From the NCBI GenBank assembly GCA_028534125.1, contig CM052817.1, positions 82,834,001 to 82,898,000 on the forward strand: 64,000 nt of DNA. The letters run 5' to 3'. The position numbers and the translations under genes are program-made. Positions 26,734 through 38,419 of the stretch are shown in pieces (position 1 is the first letter of the stretch; each line of letters starts with the position of its first letter). The notes under the pieces were generated by a model. That model did not search any database. It saw only the letters and a list, made by a program, of their open reading frames with translations, and was not told the origin of the DNA. This DNA is from Lama glama. Lineage: Eukaryota.

Positions 26734-27339
26734 GCAGGCCAGGTAACACTGCAGAAGAGGAAAACTGATCCCCACAGAAATGTCATGAATTTTTATAGTT
26801 TAAGGTAACACGGTTAGTAAATGGTGAAAATGGAGGTAGAATTCAGGTTACAATGACTGCTATCCATGTGTACTGAGAAAGGGTCTTGATGTAAGTCAAT
26901 AGAGATGCTGTTGGTTACCTCAACCTTTCTCCAAAGTGGCGTTTTGTGACATAATTCTTCTGTAAGATGCTATAGAAAAGTCATGGAGAAGAGGCTGTAG
27001 GTTCTGATAAGCCTATAAAATGACAGGTTAAAGGTAAGTGGTTTTCTTTGTCTCAGGATGTAGAACCTTTGACATGTTAAAAGTACACTTTTTATTTAAA
27101 AAAAAAAAAACACAAGACAGCACACATCATTTCCAAAGCCTATTTAACCCTAGATTTTTTTTTCTTCCCAGAATATCTCTTAAGACTATTTTTTGTAGCA
27201 CCACATTTTGGGGACAAGTTGGTCTAACCTAAACAGAAAACTGTAGGACTGTGACATCTGAAATTTGGGGCCAGGTAGGAAAGAGAAGTCCTCAGTGAGG
27301 AAAGACGTGTGAGGGGAGAGCACCCACTGGAGACAACAC

Positions 27340-27510
27340 AACAAATATTTATTGACCACCTTCTCTGTTTAGTCAAGCACTACATTCTGAATACAGCTGA
27401 GGTGCTCCCTGCCTCCTTGTAGCTTACAAGGTAGGTAGAAAGACAGTCATTAGGCAATTAATTAGAAGGCAGTATGGTGAACTCTATGTGAGCAAAAATT
27501 CATTGCATTA
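27340..27510 (-). mobile_element. L2 3' fragment
   Basis: caacaaatatttattgaccaccttctctgt...ccctgcctccttgtagcttacaaggtaggtagaaagacag. Confidence 0.6.
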
Positions 27511-29254
27511 TCTGGGAGTGTCACTTACTCTAGGAAATGAGGAACTGACATTTACGTGACTCCTGTTTGCCAAGATTCCAAGCTAGGAAAGCACCTCTAC
27601 TCTGAGTCAACTGCAGGAGAAAATAATTGAGTATTACTTTTTTGACTTGGGAGATGTTAACACGCTGTAAAAGGTTAAAATTTCAAATTCAGTTTTAAGC
27701 AATGAATGAAGCAGACTCTTCGCTCCATCCTTGGGCCATTACCCACTCCCGACGGCCATGCCATCTCTCCCCACTTCTCTGCTTCTCAAGAGCCTTCACC
27801 ACATTCCTAAATCTTGCCCCTCCTTTCTCAACTCCCATTCATTTCTTACTGTGGTAGGATACAGTTGTTTAAGTAAAACAAGAGGTTTCTATAGAAACTA
27901 AGAATTTGCATTACAGTTTACACTCAAACTCACAACGGCAATTTTTAGTTGGTATCAACAATTTATATGGACCTAAAACAGAGAGAAAGGCCTACTTTTC
28001 CGAAAGAATTATAGTTATCAGCCTTCTGTTGGTAAGTTTTGCCTAAGTGTAGCTAGGTTGAAAAGTGATAGTAAGATATAAGGTATAAGAGCATGGGAAG
28101 ACCCAGAAGGACATCATGTGACTTTATTCTAAGTCAAATTGTAAAAAATATAAATCAATAAGATTTAAGATTAAATTTACGATTTCACAGTTTTTAAGTC
28201 CTACAACAGCCCAGTGTCTTTTTTTTTTTAAAGTCTTTCACTGCACTCTGCTTACCGTATTCTCTATCACGATGCCAGCATGGTTTACTGCCTACATTTT
28301 TTTTCTCCCAGCTTCAGATATATTGCTGCTGAACAATTTTGACTTTCTCATTTTTAGTATAAGGCAAGAATTGACATCAATAAGAACTCCAGGCCAAAAA
28401 AATTCCCTAATGAAAGTACACACTCAAATATTTTCCAAAAATTCTCAGCTTGGAAAAAACCAAGAAAGATGCAAAGTAATTTATGTAAAGAAGAATCTCC
28501 TGTATCTGACGTTGAACATTTTAATTAGAAATGCATATGGACCATATGTTAAACCTATATTTCAACGTCTATCCAGAGAAACCACAGTATCTACCAGGAT
28601 ATAAGCTGAAAAGAGGGATAAGTTGTCTTCGCGTCTTTTAAAAATTCTTTAGACTCTCCAGAGAGGACGTACACAGTCCAGATAGATTTGGATTGATTTA
28701 GTTGGACCCTTACATCTATTTATTTTCTCCAGCTTTCTTGTTTCAAGTAAGGCACTTCTATTCAAATCTCCTAGAAGTTATGAAAGAATGTATAAGGCAA
28801 GTTTCTTTCACATGCAAAGTTTTTACAGAGACATGTACTGATAGTTCTGCCTGTCAAAGCATCATTCAGAATACTAAGAATCTACGTTAATATATTTATG
28901 TCAACATAGTCATACAGTACTCATTTAACGTGTAAAATCTTTGGCTTTCCATGATCAGCATAGTAAAACTTAACTGAATTCAGTAAGGGTTTTGAATCTG
29001 AATTATGTCAAACCAACCCTGCATTTATAGGATAACATGCTAGTTAGGAGGTGATGATGGCAACAGCACTGGCTTGGGTTCCGCCGGTTACTTCAAGGTA
29101 GACAGCACTGAGACAACCTTTAAACTCAAATTCTAGTTTATCCTCTTCAAGATTATGATGCTATATACAGCGGTTTGCCAAAATTCCTTGTAACAATTTC
29201 AACCAATTTATGGACATAAAAGCTTTTGGTCATAACTGAGTAATAACTACTCAC

Positions 29255-29410
29255 CACTCGCACCTGAATTATCTGGCCAGGTTGCTAAAAACACCAATTC
29301 TTGAACCTCACTCAAACCTACTAAACTGGAGTCTTGAGAACTGAGTTCAAGGTATCTACAGTTTATATAAACACTCCAGATGATTCTTCTTTATAATTTG
29401 ATGACCACTA
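29255..29410. mobile_element. MER5A (hAT-Charlie) fossil
   Basis: ttgctaaaaacaccaattcttgaacctcactcaaacctactaaactggagtct...tttatataaacactccagatgattct...tttgatgaccacta. Confidence 0.7.
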
Positions 29411-30148
29411 ATATGTAATGGGTTGTTTTGATAATTACGTAGCACTCCACTATCAGTATTATGTTTATTTTACAAATTGAATCGATAACAAGAAAAACAA
29501 TAGCTCTCGTTTGTATAGAGGTTTATAACTACAACTTCAAAAAAGAAAGAACTTCAGTTCTTTTCTCCATGCCAGGCACTCTTTTCCACTTCACACTAGA
29601 AGAGAAATTTCAAAGAATAGGCCACAGATCCTTCCAAAGTCCATCAGGGGTCTTTGCATTAGCAAATTAGGAACAGATGTTATTAGAATAGGAACTCAAG
29701 TAAGAAAGATTTTGTTCTTGGAGTTTAATCTCAAAGTAGGCACTGTCAGAGAAAACAAGTGTTTGCGGTTAGTATAAACATTCGATTCAACGAATATCCT
29801 ATTGTGGTACAAACCAGTGTGAGTTACTATAGCACCATGAGACACAGGAAATAATACGTAGCATGAAGGGAGTGGAGCACAACAGACAAAACAGACGCTT
29901 CCATTCATCTCATTTGATTAAAAGTTTTACCAATTTCATAATGAAGACAGTAGTTCTCCAAAAATTTATTTTATATTAATGATAGATTGCATTGTATGAA
30001 ATTTATGATAGCACATGCATAAAACTGTAACACGCATACAATTGTAATATTTGTATCTGCAAAATTATGCAATAGTCCCCCTTTGTGACCCTGTCTTTGT
30101 ACTCAACAAATAAGTATTATACACCAAAAAACTTTTAGGACTCTTAAC

Positions 30149-31504
30149 TGTCATGAAATATTGGGGAACACGTAACTCAGGTATCTGGTCACAATCTTTA
30201 GCTGCCAAAGTGTCAACAAAATTAAAAAAATAATAAACACTGAACCCACAGATGGGGGTTTAGATATACAACAAACGTGACCGAACACAGTGGTACATGT
30301 ACATACTGCGGAGACAGCAGGACATTTTACAAAAACAGACCACATATGGAGTCAAGTCCACAGAGGGGCCAGGTGAGAAGCCGTACAGATCTGGCTCAGC
30401 TGAGAGAGGGGTGAGGTCAGGATTGTCAAAATGAGCTATGATTGTATGAAGTGTGACACCAACTTAACCCTCCCACACAGGCACACGCAGGAACACATAC
30501 TTGAGGACACAGGCCTGTGCTAACATGGGGCCCATGTACTCTGGGAGCCAGTGTGTTGAGTGTGTAAAGACCCGTGCCTGAGGAAAGCCAATCACCCTTT
30601 CTCTGTACCTCGCTTAGAAAGACCTGGGCTCTGAAAGGGAAAGCTGTCTCCCTTCTTGACGGAGAGAAGGTTCCAGGGCACTTAAGATTCAGTACCAAGA
30701 TTAATATACAAAGAGTCATTGGTGGTGGTGTGTGCAGTAGTTCAGAGCCCCCAGATGCACGCTTTAAAAACAAAAGGGAACCCCTGAGGCTTTGTGCTAG
30801 AGAAGAGCCTCCGGTGACAACAGGGAGTGTAGGTACACGGCCCAGAGCCACGTACCTCGCCAAATGCCCCCACCCCAGGACATGCTCCGCAGCTGAGCGC
30901 TATCAGAGGGAATCCCAAACCCAAAGAGGCCCTCCCCCGGTGCCCCGGGCAGCAGAAAGCCTAGCTGCCTGCAGCTGGACTTGGAGCCCCTGCCGCCCTC
31001 ACTGCTGCACCTGGGTCTGGAGCCTGGGGAGCGCTTTGCTCGGAAGTGGGGACATCTGGCCAGGCCCCACTAGCATCCCAGGCTGCAAAAGAGCACGTGT
31101 GTGCGCTGGCTCCCAGAGCACTGCACCCCGCGTGCAAATGAGTGCCCCTCTGGTGTCCTGAGCGTGAGGGGTGTACCTCACGAACCCCTTCAGCTCCACA
31201 CCAGAAGAGGCCCTTCCACTGCACAAAGCACGGCCTCAGCTTCAGGCTCAAGTTCTGTCGGGCCCAAGCAGCACACCAGGAAGGCGGGGTAGCACACGGC
31301 TGCTCGCCCAGCCTCCTGTGCCACGTGCAGAATCTGCCCAACGGGAGAGCAGCGTGGGGCTCTCTATGCAAAAGCTCCTTGCTAGCCTCCTGACCCTCAG
31401 GGACCGCAAGCAGCGCGCTGCCTAGGCTCTGGGCCTTGGGCCTGACACCAAGACGCTGCTGGAAGCGTAACAGAGCACCCAGAGTTCCACACAGGGTCCC
31501 TACA
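30149..31504 (-). mobile_element. Possible long old solo LTR (GC-rich; Gypsy- or ERVL-like, family not identified)
   Basis: The - strand starts TGTAGGGACCC and ends ...CATGACA. The GC-rich body has sharp edges and a U5-like T-rich end (catctgtgggttcagtgtttatt). No TSD was found. Confidence 0.35.
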
Positions 31505-31698
31505 GATTTCTCTACACTCACATCAGGGCCAGAAATGCTGGCATCGTGTACCTCTTCATTTAAAATAATCTGTTATCTTCCCATAGCATTAAGAATCAAA
31601 TCAAAACTCCTTCCTATGACTTTAAAAAGCCCCGTGTAATCTAGAGCCCGGTTTTTCGTTTGAATTTCTCTTAAAAACCCGTCCTTGCTTCAGAACAC

Positions 31699-32287
31699 CG
31701 TGTTACTTTTCTACTACTGTGTAACACATTACCACAAACTTAGCTCCATAAAACGGCGCCCATTTATTAACTCACCGTTTCTGTAGGTCAGGAGTCTTGG
31801 CGTGGCGTAACTGGTTCACCGCGGGGCCTCACAAAGCTGACATCACGGCGTCAGCTGTGGCAGTGTTCCCATCAGGAGCCTGGGCCCTCTTGCAGATTCA
31901 AAGTTGCCAGAATGCAGCCTCTGTGGTTGTAGGCTTCGAGGCCCATTTCTCGGTGGCTGGCGTTTGCGGCCGCTTGCTCTCCCAGCTGCTGGAAGCCGCT
32001 CCCAGTTCCCACCCGGGTAGCCCTGCCCCGGAAGCTCACAGCGCGGCTGCGCCCTTGCTTGGAGATCAGTGGAAAAACCTGTGCTGCTTAAAAAGCCCTT
32101 TTGACTCTTTTAAGGGCCCAGTTAATTAGCTCAGACCCATCTAGGATTCTCGCCCTTTCTCAGAGCTTATTGACTAGGGAGCTCACAGCAGCACCTACTT
32201 AATGCTTGATTGAATAATTGGGAGAAGATGTGTGTACGCCGTCGAGTAGAATCGTGGGGGATGTCTCAGAATGTTTCCTCTCCCAGA
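31699..32287 (-). mobile_element. MaLR solo LTR (MLT1E-like)
   Basis: gtaacacattaccacaaacttagc...catttattaactcaccgtttctgtaggtcaggagtc...cagcacctacttaatgcttgattgaataattgggagaagatgtgtgtac...gggggatgtctcagaat. Confidence 0.85.
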
Positions 32288-32289
32288 AC

Positions 32290-32385
32290 CAAGACCAAAG
32301 CTTGCCTGAGACTGTCCTCATTTTAGCCCAGAAAAATCTCACATTCCAGGAGCCTCCTCAGTCCCGGGCAGACTCCCATCATGCT
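32290..32385 (-). mobile_element. MER94-like hAT-Blackjack fossil
   Basis: - strand: tctgcccgggactgaggaggctcctggaatgtgagatttttctgggctaaaatgaggacagtctcaggcaag. Confidence 0.6.
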
Positions 32386-32549
32386 GGCCTCTTTTCGTTC
32401 CTCAGAAACATCTAGTCCATTTCCCAAAAGGGATTTGATATTAGCACTTCTATCAGGAATGTATTTTCTTCTTGTTGTTCACATTTCATCTTAAAACATC
32501 ATCTTGAGAGGAGGCAGTAAAGAGAGAATAGTTGTAATAAATTAGTAAA

Positions 32550-33690
32550 GCACATTAGAATGCTAGAAGATGAAAAGTCTTATGGGAAAAAGATGAAACA
32601 AGCAAATGATTGGAGTTCTAAATGGAAGGTCAGAGTATATCTTTTTGAAAAGGTATCATTTGAACAAATATTTGAAGGGCGTGGGGCATTAGAAGGGTGA
32701 CTCTGAGGTGAGGGTATTCCCTACAGAGGAAACAGTGCTAATTTCTTAAGGTGGAACCTGCCTGGCATATTCAAGAATACGCAAAGAAAATGCAGCAGGA
32801 ATGGAGTGAGGAAAAGTGTACCCAGAGATGAGCTCAGAGGTGGAATGGACAACCAGGTCACATCAGGCCTCAGAGAGCGCTTACAAGACTGGCTACTGAG
32901 AAGGGAAGACAGGTGGGTAATCGAGCAGAAGAGAGACATGATCTGACTTAAATTTTGTAAGATTCCCTCTGGCTACTGTGTTGAGAATAGACTGGGGATA
33001 GGAAAAGGACGAAGTAGGGAGAACATTTAGGAGACTTCACAGTGGTCTGTGTGAGTGATCAGGGTGGCTTAGTGCAGCGTATAAGCATTTGTTGGCAGCC
33101 TTAAGTGAGTAGGCAGTAGGACCCAGGTCAAAGTTCACAATAACTTGCATGTGTATGAGGTTAGAAGTAAATGTACGCATGCGCTGGTAGCATGAGTCAG
33201 CATTATGAACAACACGCATGCGCCAGCAGCATGAGTCAGCATTATGAACAATACGCATGACCGGGCATAATAAAAAGACAAGTGCATACACCTGAGCACA
33301 CACACCACCCACTTGTACTGCAGTAAAGTGCTGTTTTGCTCTATCTCGGCTCCTCACGCCTCCTTCCAGTTGGGCAGCTCACCTCCTCGGATACCTCTCC
33401 AGCCTCCCACAGCTGACAGCAGTGAAAAGTGATGAGTGCAGATATATTGATAAATGCATGATGCAATACAGACAAGGGAAAGTTGTTGGAGTAATCTATC
33501 TAAGTAAGAAGGGATAGAACCTATTGCAAAAGTGGAGGGATTGGCTGTAAGTAGAAGCACCGAGAATTCCTATATCATAAAAGGCAGAGAGAGCATATTT
33601 GTGTGCAGATATGGATAGTAGATACATAAAGGTTACAGTAGGAGTTTGGGAAAGTCTCAGTAGAACAGAAAGCAGGCAGTTAAGATGGAG
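32550..33690 (-). mobile_element. L2a LINE fragment interrupted by a solo LTR
   Basis: gagggtattccctacagaggaaacagtgc...cctggcatattcaagaa...gagcagaagagagacatgatctgacttaaattttgtaagattccctctggctactgtgttgagaatagactgg. Confidence 0.8.
33090..33418 (+). mobile_element. Solo LTR, 329 bp (ERVL-class by its 5-bp TSD; family not identified)
   Basis: TGTTGGC...GCTGACA imperfect inverted termini; flanks GCATT/GCAGT (5-bp TSD, 1 mismatch); TATA-like cataataaaaa and AGTAAA polyA-like signal in LTR order. Confidence 0.75.
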
Positions 33691-33699
33691 ATTTGAAAC

Positions 33700-36600
33700 T
33701 GGCCAACTCACATCTGAGCAGACAAGAGGATTCCATCCTGGCTGGTAGGCTGGGGCAAGGATAGTCCCTAGCAAAAAGTGTCAGCTAACTAGCTAAAGAG
33801 TCCACGTGGAGAAGCAGAAATAGCTGTGAGGCAGGCTGAATAAACAGTTGTAACACTTGAAGTCCAAAGACTTGTGAATGCTCAGCGTGATGGTTAATTT
33901 TGTGTCAATTTGGCTAAGGGGTGCCCAGATTAAATACTACTTTTGGGTGACTCTGTGAGGGTGTTTCTGGGTGAGATCAGCATTTGAGTTGGTGGTCTCA
34001 GTAAAGAAGATTACCCTCCCCTGATGTGGATGTGGGTGAACATTAACCAATCTGTTGGGAGCCTGAATAGAACATAAGGTGGAGGATGAAGGAATTCTCC
34101 CCTTCCTGCCTGATTGCTTCAGCTGGGACATGGATCTCTTGTCCTTGGCTTTCCTGGTTCTCAGACCTTCAGACTCTGAAACAACAGACTTTCCTGGGTC
34201 TCCAGCCTGTAGAGAGCAGATGGTGGGACTTGTCTTTCTCCATAAATGCGAGTCAGTTTGTCATAATAAAATCTCAATCCCTCTTGCCATCTCTCTCTCT
34301 CACTGGATTCTGTTTCCCTAGAGAACCCTAGTACACTCAGCCAAGGTGGGTGTGTTATGCAGAGGTGAAGGACTTGGTAAAGAAAATGTGGCATCCCGCA
34401 GCATGAGATGGGGAGATGGATGTGTGCACCTGAGGATGTTGGCTCTGCAGACCCCAAAAACCCTTCTAGGTTTATATAGAGGTCGCCCAATCCTTCCCTC
34501 TTAAAAGCCAGCGTTTCTTCCAGGCTGGACTATGATGTTGCAGGGCACTCCTCCCACCTGCCATGTAATGGATGAACCTTTCAGCAGCTATTCTCATTAC
34601 CTTTTTTGCCTGCTACCAGTGCAACACCCCTCCCTAGCATGCGTGAAGTCCTGGGCCTCCTAAGTGATGAAACAGACTATAAAATCAGAATTTTAAGAAT
34701 TGGCTAGCTTATACAAGTGGGAGTCAGGAAAACACTCCTAGGATTGAAATTTAAGGCGGCTACAATGTAAGGCTGGACAAACAAGAATTCATTCACTTAG
34801 GCTGATTGTTTTTAGGACACAAGGTTTAACACCCTGGGCATGGGAAGACCCCAGGGAATAAAATCCCTACTAGGGTGGTTCTCAGTCCTGGAAAAAACAA
34901 AGTAGAAACACCTGAGTTACCCTAACAGCCGGCAGAGGAGGGAATAAAGAGGCTGAGGTCAGCAGATATACTGGGAATGGACACATCTGGAAGACAAGGA
35001 GACCCACCTGAAGGCTGGGTTCCACAGAAGGAATGCGAGGACACACCAAGGACTTCGCCAAGGACAAAAGGCCTGCTCTGGGTGAGAGGGGAGATTCACC
35101 TCCTTCTGTTGACAATGCTCAGAATCATTAAGAAGTTCACTGGCAGCTTGCCTCTGTAGGCTGGGGCTGAAGACAGTTGTAGCTGCCATGGAGCTGAGCT
35201 CATTAACTTCCATGGGGATGATGCCCCCAACCAACAGAAGCCAGGTGGCACTGTTTAATCACCAGAAACCAGGAGGCTACAATTAACAATAACCGCAAGG
35301 CAAGGTTGGCAGAGCAGCCAAGGGGGCATTATCCTCAGGGAGTTGTGGAGATGGTTAATAGGGCAGAGCATCCCTAGGGGCAAAACAGATGAGCTGTCAA
35401 GAAGGGTGCTGCTTAACATCTATAACCAAAAAAGGCAAAAATGCAGGAGCAGAGGCATGAGGGCAATTGCTCCAATAAAATGTAATGAGCTCTTATTCGT
35501 TTCTCTGAGCCAGTTTTCAAATCTGGAACACATTGACTAACAAAGTGGCCGGGTCCCTGGGAGAGAGAACCTTGCAGCAGTTGCAGCAATTACAAGACTG
35601 TAATGATTCTCCCAGTCCTTCCTTCAGAGGCAGCTATGGCCATTGACTCAGGTCGCCGTACACTGAGGCAGGAGGAACAGCAATACAGCCAGAGAACTGA
35701 GGTCTGAGTTGACACTAAGGCATCATCATAGCCCTAGAGTAAAGTCAGAGCTTACTGGCTCGCTGTGATAAATGGAGCCCTGGCTCGAGTCCAGCTGACA
35801 GTGGACAACTGGGACTGATTGAGTGTTCATTTCTCCAGTGCTCAGGTGTATAATTTGAATTGTTATACTTTGCAGTCAGAATGATCCCTCACATCCATAG
35901 CCAATACGGAAGAGCACTCATGGTAGGTAAAGCCAAGTGGAAACCTATGAAACTAACCTCCCCCAGCCAAGGCAGTAAATGAAAAACAGTATTACACCCT
36001 AGGGGATGGCAGCAATTAGCGCCACTATTAATGACCTAAAGAATTCAATGATGATGGTCCCAATCTTCTCTGCATTTTATTTGCCAGTTTCGCCCCAGGA
36101 AAAACTGGATATATCCTTGAGAATGATTTGAGACCACTGCCAGCTGAATCAGGTAACATCCCTGACCACTGCTGTTGTGCCATATATAGGTTCCTTTCTG
36201 GAGCAGATTAATGGTCATATACTATGTACCTCCGTGACGTGGTATATGACCATTTATCTGGTGAATGTGTTTTTTTCCATTTCAATTAAAAAAAGAGACT
36301 CAGGAAAAACTTGTGTTTAAATGGAATGAACAGAAATATTCATTTACAGTTTTCTTCAGAGCTGTGTTAACCTCCTGCCCTGTATGATAAAATAGTACAA
36401 AGAAATTTGAACCACGTAAATATCCTCAGAACATTGCATTAATCAGTTACATTAATGATATCATGCCAATTGGTCAGGACAAGCAAGAAATGGCTAGAAC
36501 ACTGGAGACCTTGATAAACCGTGAATTGAGGGTTAAGACCTATAAAGATTCAAGAGGCATGCCAATTCAGAGAAAACTTAGGAATCAATAGGTAAGGGTC

Positions 36601-37140
36601 TACACAGATATCTGCTCCAAAATAAGCAGCAAATTACAGCTCTCTTCTTGACAGCTCATCTGTTTTGCCCCTAGCGATGCTCTGCTCTATGAACCATCTC
36701 CATAACTCCCTGAGGATAAAAACCCCTTGGCTGCCCCAATGACCTTGCTTTGTCTTTACTGTAATTGCTCTTGAATCTTTATAGTTTTGAGTCTGTCGCA
36801 GAGCAGTAAAAGGTGCTGGAGTTGGTCCGTAATGCAGTGCAAGCAGCCCTGCCATTGGGGCCAAACAACTGAGCAGACTCTGTTGTGTGGAGGTATCAGT
36901 GGTGAGAAAGTGGTGGGAATTCATGGCAAACTTACAGCAAGAGGGTCATGATGCAGGTCCCTGAGAAATTGGAGCAAGGCCATAGGAGAGAGCTGTATAC
37001 CTCGTGAGAAACAGCTCCAGGTGTACTGGTGATCCTTGGTGGAGCTGGAACGCTTGACTGTGGGAAGCCTGCCCTGCCTGGTCATATTGTCGAATGGACA
37101 CAGCAATTCATCTGAAATGGAAACGGTTCATCCGAGATTA
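33700..37140 (+). mobile_element. Degenerate ERVL-class internal region (gag, protease, RT/RNaseH remnants); own LTRs not seen
   Basis: gag-like ctcagccaagg...tgttatgcagaggtgaaggacttgg and WRWLI..SIPRGKTD; RT-like gtaaatgaaaaacagtattac...attagcgccactattaatgacctaaagaat...cctttctggagcagattaat...tggtgaatgtgtttttttccatt; RNaseH-like gagaaacagctccaggtgtactgg. Many stops and frameshifts. Confidence 0.85.
33886..34335 (+). mobile_element. MLT2 (ERVL) solo LTR nested in the ERVL internal region
   Basis: (c)gtgatggttaattttgtgtcaatttgg...gagggtgtttctgggtgagatcagcatttgagttgg...ggattctgtttccctagagaaccctagtaca; perfect 5-bp TSD CTCAG at 33881-33885 and 34336-34340. Confidence 0.92.
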
Positions 37141-37744
37141 AGACCAATTCATATTTAACAGCATATTTTCTTACAGGTTAAAAGCTTCAGTTTTTATTTT
37201 CTTCTCCATGCAACAAATAGTATAAGATTTTTCTTTATTGATAACAATCAGCCCATTTAGGAGAAGATGTTAAATATAATTATATTAATTAATACATTTT
37301 TAATATCTTATAAGTTATTGATATTGTCCAAAAGTACATTAGAAATATTTCAGCATCAAAGGTTTGAAGTAAGGATTTCCTTACAATTTTTGAACATGAT
37401 TTTGTTCATGATTTGTTTTTTTTAAATCTCTAACTTTTAATCTCATTTCCCCAATATTCTAGAATTATATTCAAAGAAAAATTATCTCTAATATATAGGA
37501 CTTCCTTGTGGTATGTATTGGCAAAATACACTAGAAAATTATTGCCAAGGTATTTCTCAACACAAAATATGTAACAGTAATAGTATGTATAGTTCTTAAC
37601 ACACTGTTTTACATTGATAGATTTATGAGTTTGGTACTTTGCACAATCTCCCAATAGCTCTGTTAAGAGCTAAGTACTTATTTAAGAGAAATCATTCTCC
37701 AAAATTCTAGGATACTCAAGAGTAAAGAAATATTTACATTTCTC

Positions 37745-37960
37745 AAATAGCTTATACAATGAAATATTATGTAACCTTTTGAAAATACGTTTTCAAAGAA
37801 AATTAAATGGCATGAATAATTCTCATGGGACAGGATCAAATTAAAAGAATCTAAACATACAACTTAGATAATTTTATTCTGTTTAAATACCTTTCTTTTC
37901 CATATAGTTAAAAATAAATATAATTTTGTTATGTGAAAAACATATGTAAATATAAAATGA
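37745..37960 (+). mobile_element. L1ME-like 3' UTR fragment
   Basis: tatacaatgaaatattatgtaacctttt...aaatggcatgaataattctcatggg...aaattaaaagaat. Confidence 0.45.
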
Positions 37961-38366
37961 ACGATTTTAAAGCTACTATGGAATCACTAAAGCTGTAGTA
38001 GTATATCATCACTTATATTCATATGTCATAAACTTTTATCTCCTATCTAGAACTTGATAGACAGCAAATGGCATCTTAACTTTCTCCATGTTGTTTTATC
38101 CAGTATCCATTTTGCTCAGTCTTCATGACAACAACACATAAGATATAATAATAATAATAATAATACTGTATATATTTATTCAAACAACGCTGTGCTAAGA
38201 ACACCCATTGTGATCATACTAAAGACAGCACCAAGAACTTACTGCTAAACTATATGCACTTCCTGCCCCAAAATAAAATAACATAATGCCATAAATAAAG
38301 CAAATACCCAGGGAATAAAACGATAAAAATAGTTTTTCCACGTATATGTATATGTACAGATATAAG

Positions 38367-38368
<2 letters not shown>

Positions 38369-38406
<38 letters not shown>
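38369..38406. repeat. (TA)n microsatellite
   Basis: 19 perfect TA units. Confidence 0.95.
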
Positions 38407-38410
<4 letters not shown>

Positions 38411-38419
38411 CCACATCTC

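Larger units (their letters stand above)
31550..32500 (+). mobile_element. L2 fragment split by MLT1E and MER94
   Basis: cttcccatagcattaagaatcaaatcaaaactccttcctatgactttaaaaagccc before the insertions; gctggcctcttttcgttcctcagaaac after them. Confidence 0.6.

Noticed and set aside
30574..31521. Longest ORFs (195 aa on +, 186 aa on -)
   Set aside because: Non-ATG starts, overlapping ORFs in most frames because GC-rich DNA has few stops, and no recognisable domain.
33175..33259. 39-bp repeats as a CRISPR-like array
   Set aside because: Head-to-tail tandem copies with no spacers, inside a mammalian LTR.
33886..37140. MLT2 plus internal sequence read as an intact ERVL provirus or domesticated gag
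   Set aside because: The MLT2 has its own TSD and interrupts gag, no 3' LTR is seen, and all frames are heavily broken.
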